This document shows, one piece after another, positions 36,041-51,196 of a stretch of DNA of 64,000 nucleotides. Numbering within the stretch: position 1 is the first letter of the stretch; the number at the start of each line of letters is the position of its first letter. The notes under the pieces are model-generated. The model worked only from the letters and a program-made list of their open reading frames with translations. It did not search any database and was not told the DNA's origin. The DNA is from an uncultured Eubacteriales bacterium (GTDB lineage Bacteria; Bacillota; Clostridia; TANB77; CAG-508), in NCBI GenBank assembly GCA_963546185.1, contig CAUULU010000001.1, forward strand, positions 35-64,034. The letters are read 5' to 3'. The position numbers were made by a program, and so were the translations under genes.

Positions 36041-36212
36041 TTATTTAAGAACTTATCGCCTGGTCTATGCCATGACTTCTCCATAAGAGTTCCCTGCATC
36101 TAAAGTGCAGCCACATCTTACTTCATCGCTTGACTACTTAAGTATAGCATCTTATACCTTATATGTCAATTATTTCCTAGTATCTTTTTTTAATTTTATA
36201 GATTATTTCAAA
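36041..36212 (-). other. GC-enriched ~170-nt non-coding segment between a hypothetical gene and the S10 operon; candidate structured leader or small RNA
   Basis: Local GC well above the flanks, several short stems (CTGCA…TGCAG), no ORF. Confidence 0.25.
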
Positions 36213-36746
36213 TTATTTTTTTATAACTATTTCCATCTCTTTTTCTTCATAAAATGTTTTAAATATCATTTTATACTTCCCATTTCCATTATATGGGATA
36301 TATATATTCTTTATAGTCATTTCTCCTTTTCCTAATTTAGGACTATTTTCAAAAGATTTATCTTTAAATATGCTTCCATGTTCTCTTATTTCTTCACCTT
36401 TTTCATTATATATTTTAACATATGATATTGAAAACTTATGTTCAGTATTTTCTGCATTTTTAACTTGAACTGGTATTTCTATAATATCTTTTCCTTCATA
36501 TTGTTTTTTTATCTTTTCTGTATTTAAAAAATTATATTTAGAACTTACTATAATTTCTAAATCATCAAACACAAACTTTTTATCTTGATATACTTTTTCT
36601 ACAGAAATCTTGTTATTGCCTTTCTTTTTTATTTCTTGATTTTTTATGTATAAAAATATTGAGCCTGCTACCATTATCATTAATAATATTATTACAAGTG
36701 CTGGCATTATATTAATTTTCTTTTTTACATTTTTTTGTTGTTTCAT
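36213..36746 (-). CDS. Hypothetical membrane-anchored protein (177 aa)
   Basis: N-terminal TM helix, intact ORF. Confidence 0.45.
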   Translation of the reverse strand: MKQQKNVKKKINIMPALVIILLMIMVAGSIFLYIKNQEIKKKGNNKISVEKVYQDKKFVFDDLEIIVSSKYNFLNTEKIKKQYEGKDIIEIPVQVKNAENTEHKFSISYVKIYNEKGEEIREHGSIFKDKSFENSPKLGKGEMTIKNIYIPYNGNGKYKMIFKTFYEEKEMEIVIKK

Positions 36747-36949
36747 TTTAAGAAATTCCCTTCATTTAAATATATTTTTCTATATATACATATATTATAT
36801 TCTACTTTAATATAGTATAACAATCTATCACTAGATTCAATATAATTAATATTTATTATCATCAAAAATAATAAAAGTAGATATCTTACTTATAATAAAA
36901 TATCTACTCTTATTTAATTTAACTTAATTTCTAACTATGTATATATATA

Positions 36950-39766
<2,817 letters not shown>

Positions 39767-39799
39767 CTTTCCTCCTTATACTTTTTTCTCTTCTACTTT

Positions 39800-40776
39800 T
39801 TAAAGTATTGTATTATCTTCTATTACTCTTCCATCTTCTATAATAGTATTTTCACTAATATATACATTATATCCTATAATACAATCCCTACCTATTTTAA
39901 CTCCTGATTTTATAACAGTCTTAGGTCTTATAACAGTATCTTGTCCGGATTTCTACATCATCATATATATATGTATCATTTATATTTTCTATTGTAACCC
40001 CACCATTTATCATATGATTATAGTTTATTCTTCTTTTTAAGATTTTAGATACTATTTCAAGTTGTATTCTATCATTTACTCCGAAGTATTTCTGTATTAT
40101 CTTTTACTGGATATCCTGATACTATTTCTCCGTCTTTCTGATATTATTCCTATTACATCTGTTAAATAATATTCTTTTTGATTATTATTTGGTTTTATTT
40201 CTTCTATTGTTTCCATAAGTGTTTGTATATCAAAACAATATATACCTGTATTTATTTCATTTATTCTTCTTTGTTTTTCTTCTAAGTCTTTTTCTTCTAT
40301 TATCTTTAATATCTTTCCATCTTTATTTCTTATAATCCTTCCATATCCTGTCGGATTTTTTATTCTTGATGTTAATATTGTTGCTTTTTCATTTTTTTCT
40401 ACAGACTTTTCTACAAGCTCTCTTATAGTATCTTCCCTAATAATTGGAACATCTCCATATAGTATAACAACTTTTCCGTACTTCATCTTTTAAGATTTCT
40501 TTTGCTTTTTTTACTGCATCACCTGTTCCGAAGTAATTCTTCTTGATATACATATTTAATATTAAAGTCTTTTAAAGCTTCTTTTATTTCTTCTTTTTTA
40601 TAGCCTACTACTGCTATTACATTATCTCCAGAAATTTTTCTTGCAAGCTCTGCTACTCTTACTATCATCTCTTTATCATATATCTTTTGTACAACTTTTG
40701 AATGTGCCGTATTCATTCTTGTACCTTTTCCTGCCGCTACAATTATCGTATATATTTTTTCCATAATACACCTCAC
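39800..40776 (-). CDS. GlmU-like sugar-nucleotidyltransferase with short left-handed beta-helix C-terminus (~325 aa); five +1 CGG sites (~40528, 40475, 40130, 40081, 39945)
   Basis: IVAAGKGTRM… nucleotidyltransferase N-term; …EELL[c]GTGDAV…DEV[c]GKVVILYGDVP…SER[c]GEIVSGYPV…EIL[c]GVNDRIQ…VEI[c]GQDTVIRPKTVIKSGVKIG… hexapeptide repeats; stop 33 nt before the ileS RBS. Confidence 0.6.
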
Positions 40777-40840
40777 ATTATTATTAAAAATTATTATAAC
40801 AAAATTACCTTTAAATTACTATATTTCAAGCGATAATTTA

Positions 40841-43800
40841 CTATATTTCAATTATTTTCTTCATTGTTGTTGAATATATTATCTTATTATATTCATAATT
40901 ATCACCATATTGTTTAAATATACTATATTCATATATTCCTATCTGTACATTATATCTTTCCCTATAATACTCTTCTTTAAACACTTTATCTGTTTTGTAA
41001 TCTACTATATATATCTTCTTATTTTGTTCATCTACAATATATAGGTCTAATACTCCTTGAAGTATTTGTCCTTCTTCTAAGTTTTCATTTATCATATATT
41101 TTGTTTTTAAACTTTCAATATCTTTTTTTGTTAGTTTTAAATATATTGTTTTTTCCTTATATACTTTTATTCCATCTTCTTCTACACTTTTTGCTAAATA
41201 CTCATATATATATGTATTAATATAGTTTAAGAGCACATCTATATCTACAACTTCTAATTCTTCCTTACTATATATTTTTTCATTTTTAAGTTTATCTATA
41301 TATTTTAAAATAACATTTTTCTTTTCATCAATACTCATTTTTTTAAGCTTTGAAAATGGTATTATATCAAATAGTTCTAATATACTATGCAGTATTGTCC
41401 CTTTTTCTTTACCTTCTATTTTTTCACTTCTTAAGAACTTAGGTCTATCATATGATATTATGCTTGAAATATTTTCTTCTTCATTTTCTAAACCATTTAT
41501 AATATTTTTCTTTTCCATTGTAGTTATTGCACTTACAGATACTTTTTCTAATACCTTTTTATCATTTTCTTTAACATTTTCTTTTTCTTCTATATATTCC
41601 TTATATCTTTTTTCTAATATTTCTTGTATATCTTTATCCACATTTTCACGATTATATGTATATCCTTCCTTATTATCTATATTATAATCATCTAAACTAT
41701 TATTATTTGAAATATTCTCATTATTTAAAACATTTCCGATTATTTTTATATATTCTTCTTTTAATGTCTTTTCTTTTTCTTCTAATAAACTTATATTTAT
41801 TATATTTTCTTTATCTAATTCTCTTTCTAAATTATTAGTATTTTTAATATATATATTCCCTAAATCAAGTATTATATTATCGTCTTTAAAATTTGAATTT
41901 GAATTTGAATTTGAATTTAAAATTGAACCTGAGCTTAAATCTGAGCTTGAACTTAAACTTTCATTTAAAATATCTTTTAAATATATTTCTATATTACCAT
42001 CTTGTTTTGATATTTTTAAATTATTTCCTTTTTCTTGTAATATAGCTGCTTCTATTAGTGATATTATAACCATTTCAATATAGCTATCTACTCTCATTAT
42101 ATATTTAGATGATAACTTATTATTATATATGTTTATATATGTTTCTTTGTTTATCTTTTCTAAAAAATCTTTTACTGATTTTATCTTAGCTGTCATTATA
42201 AGTTTTTCTTTTGCTCTTGTCATTGCAACATATAGTATTCTAAATTCTTCTTCTTTTTCTTCCTTAGTTTTTTCTAAGTTGATTATCTCTTTATATATGC
42301 TTGGATACTTATACTTTAGTTCTTCATTTATAATATCTATACCAATACCCATTTTCTCTGATGTACGTACTATTTCTGTTTCTGACCTTATATTCCTTTT
42401 CTTATCCATTCCTGCGATTATTACAACTGGGAATTCAAGTCCTTTGCTTTTATGTATTGTCATTATTTTAACAACATTTGCATTTTCATCAACTACTTTA
42501 TCTGCTTCTAATTTAACCTGAAGTTTTATACTTTCATCTATTTGTCTATTAAAATCTGATATATGTGTATTTGTTCCTTTTTCAAATTCCATAGCTTTTT
42601 GAAGTAATTTATCTAAATTCTTCTTTTTAAAATCTGCTTCTATTTCTAGGCTAAGTGCTGTATAATATCCGGCTTTCTATAATTATATTTTTTAATACTT
42701 CATATAGTCCTTTTTCTTCTTCTAATTTCTTTAATCTTATAAGTTCTTCTATAAGTTTTTTACACTTACTATATACCATTTTTTCATTTAATGATATTTG
42801 AATATTTTCTTTTGCTTTTTCATCTATATAATCAATATATATTAATATACTTTCATAAAAATTGTTTTCTTTTTGTCCATTTGTTATTTCCTTTTCTACA
42901 ACTTTTATTCTTGTAAACTCATCTATATCCATTTTAAAGAAATATGACCTTAGTACTGCAAGCATGTTTATATCATTAAGTGGATTTTCTATTATATCTA
43001 AATAGCTACATATAAGGGATACTTCTGGTATTTCTAAAAAGCTTTCATTTACATCCGTATAACATGGTATACCAAATTTTTCTAATATTTCTTGATATCT
43101 TCCTGCCTTATTACTTACACTTCTTAATAATATTACTATATCCTTATAATCTAATTTTTTCCCTCTTCTAATATATTCTTCTTTAAATGTAATTATTCTT
43201 TTTGCTATTCCTATTGCTTCTTTTTCTATACTCTCTATTTCTTCTAATGTTTCATTATTAATATCTTCATTTACTTCTTTATTCCCCTCTGTATCTTCTT
43301 CATCATCAGATTCCTCTTCCTCTTCTTTTGTATTTATAAGAAGTATTTCGGGTTTAAAGAAGTTTATCCTATCTTGTATTTCTTCTTCTGATAATGAAGA
43401 TATTTCTAAATTTTCTAAAGAAGATATATCACTATTTTCTTGTAATCTAAATTCTCCTGTTATATATCTTCCTTTTTTAAGATAATGATTCTCATTATAG
43501 TCTATAATCCCTGTTTCTTTAGTCATTATTCTTGAAAACACATTATTTGTTATTTCTAATACATTTTCTAAACTTCTAAAATTTTTATCTAAATATATAA
43601 CCTTATTCTCATTATCTATATTATTCTCTTTTTCTACAAATAGTTCTGGTCTTGAATTTCTAAATCCATATATGCTTTGTTTTGGGTCTCCAACTCTAAA
43701 TATATTCTTATTACTTACAGCTCTTATTATGTATTCTTGAAGCATATTAATATCTTGATACTCATCTACAGCTATTTCTTCTACATCTTCTTTCATAGCT

Positions 43801-45192
43801 TTTGCTATATCTGATAACACATATTTATTATTTAATAACTCTGTATAGTTTAAAAATCTTTCTTGTATAATTCCAAATATCTCATTATATATTTCTTCTA
43901 ACTTTGCTATATCATACTCTATTTTTATATTTTCTCTTAAGTTATCTAAATTTCCACATTTTTCTTCTATTTTAATTATTGTATTTTCTTTAGAAACTTC
44001 CTTAGATAAATCTTCTTTTTTATCATACAATAATTTTAATGTATATTTTTCAAGGTCTATATAGTCTAATAAGTTTTCTTCTATTTTTGCTTTTTCAAAT
44101 TTTTCATAAAACTTATTTGTTACATATTCTATCATTTCTAATATTTCTTTTGTTTTTTTAGTCTGAAATATTATATCTTCATCATCTTCTAAAAAAGACA
44201 TATCAAGAATTTCCTTGCTAAACCCTTTTTTAATATTATCTCTTCCGAAGTTGTATTTCTTCTAAAATTTCTTTAAATTCTTTTGTTGTTGTCCACCTTT
44301 TAAATTCTATATTTTTAATATAATTATATAGTTTTTCTGTACTATCTTTTCCAATTAAAATACATATACATATTTTTACAATATCTAGAAACATATTTTC
44401 ATCTGACATTATTAGTTGTCTTTTATCTTCATATGTTTTTGTATTAATTTGTCCTAGATTATATATTTTTAAAAGCTTTTCATTTTGTTTTTTACATAAT
44501 TTAACATAATACATACATGTTGTTATAATATGCTGTATATATAGCATTCCGTGGTCTGCTTGTATAGAAATTATATGGATTTAATATAATCTTAGTATAT
44601 TCTTCTAAATTTTGTTTAATCCATTCTTCGTAAAATGGTATACTTCCAAAAAATGATATATTATTAAAAATCATTTTCTTTAAGTCTTCATCACCATTTT
44701 TATTCAAATATTTTAAAACAATATTCCTATACTTGTTTTCTTCATCTTCATATATTTCTTCTAATACTTCATCAATTATCTTACCTTTTAATACATTAAT
44801 TTCCTCTTCACTCCCAATTTTAATATTTGAATTTAATCCGAAGGTTAAAGAAATTATTTCTAATTATTTTAAAACAGTATGAATGAAGTGTTGATATATT
44901 TGCTTTTGGTAATTTTTTTAGTTGTTTTCTTAAATAGCTTTTTTGCATATTATCTAAAGAATCATCTTCTAATTTTTCTGTTATTTTCTTTTGGATTCTT
45001 TCTTTCATTTCCTTTGCTGCTGCACTTGTAAATGTTACTACAACTATTTTTTCTATATCCACTCTTTTTTCTAATATTATTCTTATTATTCTTTCTACTA
45101 ATACTGCAGTTTTTCCGTGAGCCTGCAGCTGCAGATACTAATATTTTCCCTTCTTCTTCTATTGCTTTTCTTTGTTTATCTGTCCACTTCAT
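40841..45192 (-). CDS. addA: ATP-dependent helicase/nuclease AddA (RexA) with C-terminal RecB-like nuclease; five +1 CGG sites (~45115, 44838, 44549, 44245, 42669); internal in-frame hexanucleotide repeat
   Basis: MKWTDKQRKAIEEEGKILVSAAAGS[c]GKTAVLVERI… (UvrD Walker A), …VVVTFTSAAAKEMKERI…, C-term …DLYIVDEQNKKIYIVDYKTD nuclease motif; six ORF fragments join in order. Confidence 0.75.
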
Positions 45193-45234
45193 ACAAATCC
45201 TCTGTTATATATTTTATCCTTATAATTATTTTTA

Positions 45235-47378
45235 CTATAATAGCATCAAATCTATTTCTCCACTATCTAAATTAACATTTTTTACAACTACATCTACTAT
45301 ATCTCCAATAGTGTATTCTTCTTTTAACTTATCTTTTTTTAATATTTCTTCATTTGTTACAAGACCTTCAATTTCTTTACCAATATCTACAAATATTCCT
45401 TTACCAATCTTTCCAGAAACTCTACCTTTAAACTTACTTCCAACAAATCCTTCTACATATTCCGCAATTTTTATCTTATCATATTCTCTTTCCATTTTTT
45501 GGGCAACTCTTTCAGTATCGGAAATATGTTCTGCAACTACTTCTTTTTCTGCAATATTTCCAAAATCTTGTATTCCTTCTAAATATTTAGATATTGTTCT
45601 ATGTGTATATAGGTCTGAATACCTCCTTATAGGTGAAGTGAAATGTGAATAGTAGTCACTTCCGAAGTCCAAAATGTCCTAAGTTTTTCATAGAATATCT
45701 TGCTTGTCTCATACTTCTTAAAAGTATATATTGTAGGTAATTAAAGTCAACATCTTCTTTTGTTATAAGATTTTGTTGTTCTTTTTCTTTTAATGCTTCT
45801 ATCACTCTTACATATTCACTTTGTGGTACATAATAGTTAACAAAATTATCATCCTTATCTTTTCCGAAATCTTTCATTTGATACATCTTTTTTGTTTAAA
45901 AGGTGTTCATCTATTCTAAATGTATTTAACTTAAGTCCAAATTTTTGTAATGTTAAATTTACCTCTTCTATTTTTTCTAAACTTGGATATTCATGTACCC
46001 TATACATTACTGGAATATCTTTTTTAGTAAATGTTTCTGCTACAACTTCATTTGCTGTAAGCATTAAATGTTCTATAATACTATATGCAAAAATCTTTTT
46101 CTTGTTTTCTACTCCAACTGTTTTACCATTTTCGTCTAGTATAATCTGTACTTCTGGCATATCAAATCCTATATATCCATTTTTTTGTCTTCTTTTTAAA
46201 AGTATATTTGTAAGTTTTTCATATAGTTTTACCATATTTAGTTTTTCTTTATCAAAACCTGTACTTTCAATTATTTCTTCATCATTTTCTATTATACCTT
46301 GTATTTCATTATATGACATTCTCTTATCTACTCTTATCACAGACTTATACACATCTGACCATACAACTTTTCCGTGTCTTGTCTATTTCTGCCTCTACAG
46401 TAAGGGCTAGTCTATCTTCTCCTGCATTTAATGAACATATTTCATTTGAAAGCTGGAATGGTAACATTGGTATAACAGTGTCTATAAGGTAGATGCTGTT
46501 TCCGGCGTTTTTCTGCTTCTTTATCTAAAAGACTTCCTTCTTTAATATAGTGTGATACATCTGCTATAGATATCCATACTCTGTAATTTTCTTTTTTTTC
46601 AATTGCTACAGCATCATCTAAGTCTTTTGCATCTTCCCCATCTATTGTTATTGTATATATATCCCTTAAGTCTTTTCTTCCTACAAGTTCTTCTTCAGAT
46701 ATAGTCTTAGGCATATTTTCTGCCTCAGATATAATCTCTTCTTTAAACTCTTCATCTATTCCATTATCTGCAAGAAGACTTTTTAGTTTTAAATGTGTAT
46801 CACCATTTCTTGCTATTATCTTAATAATTCTACCTTCACTATTTCTTGCTGAATCTTTTTTAGCTAAATCCCTATTTGCATATTTAGTTATACTTACTAA
46901 AACTTTATCACCATTATTTGCACCAAATATTTCTTTTTTAGGTATAAATATATCTGATGGGAATGTCTTATCATCTGGAACTACAAATGCATAATTTTCT
47001 GAAATTTGTGCTGTACCTACAATCTCATTTTTCTTTCTTTGTACAACAAAAATAATTCTTCCTTCTGTATTTGCACCACCATAATCTACATCTTTCTTTC
47101 TTACAAGTACAATATCTCCGGTCTGCCGCTGTTAAAAATCCATTATTATGTATATACATACTTTCTTTTAAATCTTTAATATTTTGTACATTATATTTTT
47201 CCTTTTTTAAAAATTCACTTAATTCTTCTAATCCTTTTACTCTTTTCTTATCTTCTTCTTGTATACTATCTACAAAACCAAATCCTTCTTTTTTAGAAAA
47301 TCTCCCTATATATATTGGTAATTCTTTTTTTAATTTCTTTAGCTTCATATTTCTTTTGTTCTTATTATTCTTACTCAA
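45235..47378 (-). CDS. rnr: Ribonuclease R (RNB family 3'-5' exoribonuclease with C-terminal S1 domain); five +1 CGG sites (~47118, 46502, 46370, 45864, 45662)
   Basis: …FGFV… cold-shock-like N-term, …DLDDAVAIE…, …NLGHFGL[c][18 protein letters not shown]…, S1 domain at C-term; five ORF fragments join. Confidence 0.8.
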
Positions 47379-47583
47379 AATCTCTCCTTATATATATAAC
47401 AATATATATTATTACATCATTACATTTTTTTATTATTATCTTTTTTCTAATATGTTTATACTATCATATTTACACTCTTTTTTATACCTTTATATACAAA
47501 AAACAAGCTCAAATATAATAGGTGTATCAATATTGTCAATTATAATTTATAACAAATTTGATACACCTATTATATTATTAATA

Positions 47584-48087
47584 TTAAAATTCTGATTTGC
47601 TAATTACATCTCCAAAAAATGCATTTGCTTCAAACTTTCCTGCATAGTGTAAATCTAGGATTTTTTTCTTATCTGCCCACATAACATCATTAACTTCTTC
47701 TTCTTGAATTGTTATTTCTGATATATCTGCATCTGATTTAAATAACCACACATCTAAAATATCTGGACAATTTTTGTAATATCTAATAGTTGTTCCTATA
47801 TGTCTTGCTGTTTTCACATCTATATCAAGTCCAACTTCTTCTTTTATCTCTCTTACACATGCATCTAATGGATTGTCACCTTCTATAGCTGAACCTCCTG
47901 TACATTCCCACATAAGTGGATGTGGCTTAGTTGCAACTCTTTGTGTTATTAAAAATTCTCCTTTAGAGTTTACTATCCATGCATTAATAACTAGATGATA
48001 TTCATCATATTCTAACTTATCTCCTCTTTTAACCCTTTTGTTTATTTTTTCAAAGTTCTTGTTATATATATCCCAATATTCTGCCAT
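47584..48087 (-). CDS. NUDIX hydrolase
   Basis: Nudix box …REIKEEVGLDI…; intact. Confidence 0.7.
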   Translation of the reverse strand: MAEYWDIYNKNFEKINKRVKRGDKLEYDEYHLVINAWIVNSKGEFLITQRVATKPHPLMWECTGGSAIEGDNPLDACVREIKEEVGLDIDVKTARHIGTTIRYYKNCPDILDVWLFKSDADISEITIQEEEVNDVMWADKKKILDLHYAGKFEANAFFGDVISKSEF

Positions 48088-48125
48088 GTCTTTCTCCTTT
48101 TTATTATTTATTACATTTCATATAT

Positions 48126-49289
48126 TTACTTAGTTATAGGAAATATAATATTATCCCTTTCTTCATCTACTTTAAACTCTTGCTTTTCTATTATATTGTT
48201 AGTTTTAACATCATATATATACATATATGTTTTATCCTTTGTTCCAATATTCATATATAACTTATCCTCTTTAAAATATGTACTCCTAATATGTCCATCT
48301 ATTTTTTTACTAAATACTTCTTTATTTTCTTTTAAGTCTATTACTTTAAACTTATCTTCTTTATCATCATAAATATACATATTTTTATCTTCTACTCGTA
48401 TAAGTCTTCCTCTAACTTTTTTACCATCTACTACTATATCTTCAATAGTATTATTATATATATTTAACTTACTTATATAACTATCATAAAGTTCTTCATC
48501 TTTTCTATTAGAATTATTCATTTCTTCATCACTTAATCTTCTTTTTAATGTTACAACATATATATTATTTTCATTATCTTTACTCATCTTATATGTTTCA
48601 ATATGTTCATTATACTTATTTACTTTTTTAATTTCACCTGTATTTTTATCTAAAATTATAATATCTATTTTTATATCTATAAGATTTTCAAATCTATCTG
48701 CTGTTAATATTATTTCATCTTTTATTATACACATATTTGTAATATTATATGGTATTTCTGTAAGTTTTTTACCTTCTTCTTTTCCTGTCATCTCTTTTAC
48801 ATATATAACTGTTTTACCTACTAATCCCTGTGTCATATACATTTTATCATTATCTATACAAATTCTATTTATATATATTCCTCTATCAGCTTTTTTGAAT
48901 ATATCCTTTTTTATTATCTCAAAATCTTTAAGACTACCATCTTTTCCTATTTTTAAAATATTATTATCCCTATTGCTTATATACATATCACCATTATGTT
49001 CAATATACCTATAACCTCTATACAAGTCTTTACTCACAACTTTTGTAACCTTACCATCTTTATCTAAATAGTTTATCTTACCATTTGAATTAAAAGGCAA
49101 ACTACTTATAGCAATATATTTAGCTTCATTATGATTATTTAATAATAATGTTTCTACTTTGTCTCTAAAATTCCATAATAATGATAATACAATAATTATT
49201 ACTCCAATTATATAAATGTCTCTCACTCTTATATATACATATCTTTTATCTTTTTCTTCATTTTTCATAATATGCTCCTTTTTAAACAA
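48126..49289 (-). CDS. Hypothetical membrane-anchored protein (387 aa), beta-rich repeats
   Basis: Intact ORF with N-terminal TM helix. Confidence 0.45.
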   Translation of the reverse strand: MFKKEHIMKNEEKDKRYVYIRVRDIYIIGVIIIVLSLLWNFRDKVETLLLNNHNEAKYIAISSLPFNSNGKINYLDKDGKVTKVVSKDLYRGYRYIEHNGDMYISNRDNNILKIGKDGSLKDFEIIKKDIFKKADRGIYINRICIDNDKMYMTQGLVGKTVIYVKEMTGKEEGKKLTEIPYNITNMCIIKDEIILTADRFENLIDIKIDIIILDKNTGEIKKVNKYNEHIETYKMSKDNENNIYVVTLKRRLSDEEMNNSNRKDEELYDSYISKLNIYNNTIEDIVVDGKKVRGRLIRVEDKNMYIYDDKEDKFKVIDLKENKEVFSKKIDGHIRSTYFKEDKLYMNIGTKDKTYMYIYDVKTNNIIEKQEFKVDEERDNIIFPITK

Positions 49290-49301
49290 TTATTATTTTT
49301 C

Positions 49302-49803
49302 TTAACTATATTTTCTATCGTCTATAATATCATAATGTAGTTCTCTCTTACCTATTACATTTTTAACTATATTAGGTACAAGCTTAAAGTCTTCTTTTAA
49401 TACTTCTTCTTTTGTCTTCCATACAAAAGTTACATGTGGTTTTTCAAGCTCTGTAAATGATTCTTTTTTAGTAATATCATAACTATCATCTAATACAATA
49501 TTATATATATATGAAAGTTCATGTACATTTTTTACCTTTCCATTATCCAAATAATCAAAAAAGTTTTCTGCTATTTGAACAAGTTTTAAATTATCTTTAT
49601 CTACCTTAATTCCTAATTCTTCTTCTATCTCTCTTATTATTGCATCTTTTGTATTTTCCATTAGATGCACTCTTCCGACCTGGAAGTCTAAAATTTTCGT
49701 CCTCTCTTTCTTCTTGAACTAATATTTTTTCATTGTACTCAACAATTACTGCAACTCTAAAATTGAATTTCCCTTCTTCAAATTTAACTGTTATATCACT
49801 CAT
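49302..49803 (-). CDS. NUDIX hydrolase; one +1 CGG site (~49675) immediately before the Nudix box
   Basis: …FRLPG[c]GRVHLMENTKDAIIREIEEELGI… (GX5EX7REUXEEXGU). Confidence 0.65.
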
Positions 49804-49931
49804 TTTAAACCTCCTTAAAATTATATATCTTTAAGTATAATATATAATCTAAAAATAGTTTTTGCAACATATCATATATATAGCAAATAGAGATGTAATA
49901 ATACATCTCTATCTACCCTGTTAATTCATAT

Positions 49932-50279
49932 CTTAGGCAAACAATAAGCCGGGTTCTGTCATGCATGGTCATTTATCTCGAACTAGTATTACTACTAGCC
50001 TCTAGCCGCACAGTACAAGGGACATTTAAAGAGCATAAATCCCTCGAATTACAAGGCGTTGCTCCAGATAGGGTTTACACAAGAAATATATCACTATATC
50101 TCTTAGTGAGCTCTTACCTCACTTTTTCACCATTGCTATATAATAGCTGTTTTTTTCTGTTGCACTTTCCCTAAGATTACTCTCGCTGGACGTTATCCAG
50201 TATCATTGCTCTTATGGAGCCCGGACTTTCCTCATATATTAGTTTTCACTAAATATACGCTATACCATGTAGTTTACCT
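49932..50279 (-). ncRNA. rnpB: RNase P RNA, bacterial type A
   Basis: On the minus strand: GGAAAGUCCGGGCUCCAUA…AGGGAAAGUGCAACAGAAA…GGUAAGAGCUCAC…GUAAACCCUAUCUGGAGCAACGCC…ACAGAACCCGGCUUAUUG; P4 halves and P1 pairing (GGUAAAC/GUUUGCC) visible. Confidence 0.85.
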
Positions 50280-50304
50280 ATAACTATATTAGCATATTTT
50301 AACA

Positions 50305-51169
50305 TTAATTCCAATCTTTTAGTATATTTTTATCTATACACATATTGCCATATCCTATTCCTATTTTCCTATCTTTTTTCTTTTCTCCGATGACAATCTG
50401 TTCCTCCAGATATTAGTAAATTATTTTCATTACAATATTTCAATAGTTTTTCACTTTGTGTTTCTGTAAAACTTGAATGATACACTTCTACACCATCAAT
50501 TATTTTATCATTTTTAAGTATATCTAAAAATACTATTTCATCTTCTAGATTATACCTATATACATGTGCTACAAATGTTTTGCCACCTGCTTTTCTAACC
50601 TCTTCTGCTACAAGTTTAGCATTTGGATAGTGTATTTCAAAATTTACAGCAACAGGAAAATTCTTATTTGTTACACATGAATTAAAAAACACATCTATCT
50701 CATTCCATTCTTCATCTTTAAAATATTTCCTATTTTCCTCATATTTAGTAACTTCAGGATATATAATGTCTATAGGCCATCCTTTTTTCTCATCATATAT
50801 TATCACATCTATTTTAAGATTACTTTTCTTAACGCTTTTCATCATTTCTTCAAATTCTAATCTTAAATCAGGTTTTCTTAAATTATAGTACTTATGAACA
50901 AATGGTTGTAACTTATGGATATCAAAGTCATATGCAAGCATGTGAAAATGAACACCATCATATACAGTATTAAATTCTATACCTGTTTTAATCTTTCCTG
51001 TAAATGTATTTCTTAAATTCTCATATTTTTCAAGCTCAAAATGTGCATCTAATGTATCATGGTCTGTTATAGCTAAAACTTCCAACTTTGTTTTTTCTGC
51101 TTCTTCTAATAATCTTTTTGTATCCCATGTACCATCTGAATGATTTGTATGTGTGTGTAAGTCTATCAT
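50305..51169 (-). CDS. PHP-domain phosphoesterase; one +1 CGG site (~50387)
   Basis: MIDLHTHTNHSDG…; …GGTDCH[c]GEKKKD… C-terminus. Confidence 0.6.
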
Positions 51170-51196
51170 AATTTTTACTTTCCTTTTCTAATTTTA

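Noticed and set aside
36041-36140. tRNA or SRP RNA in the GC-richer spacer upstream of rpsJ.
   Set aside because: No T-loop (GTTCRANYC), no cloverleaf and no SRP domain IV motif could be found. It is kept only as a candidate leader or sRNA.
39767-39799. T-box riboswitch leaders upstream of ileS and tyrS, as expected in low-GC Gram-positives.
   Set aside because: Only ~33 nt (ileS) and ~95 nt (tyrS) of upstream non-coding sequence are available, too short for a T-box, and no specifier or T-box motif was seen. This is also consistent with a non-Bacillota lineage.
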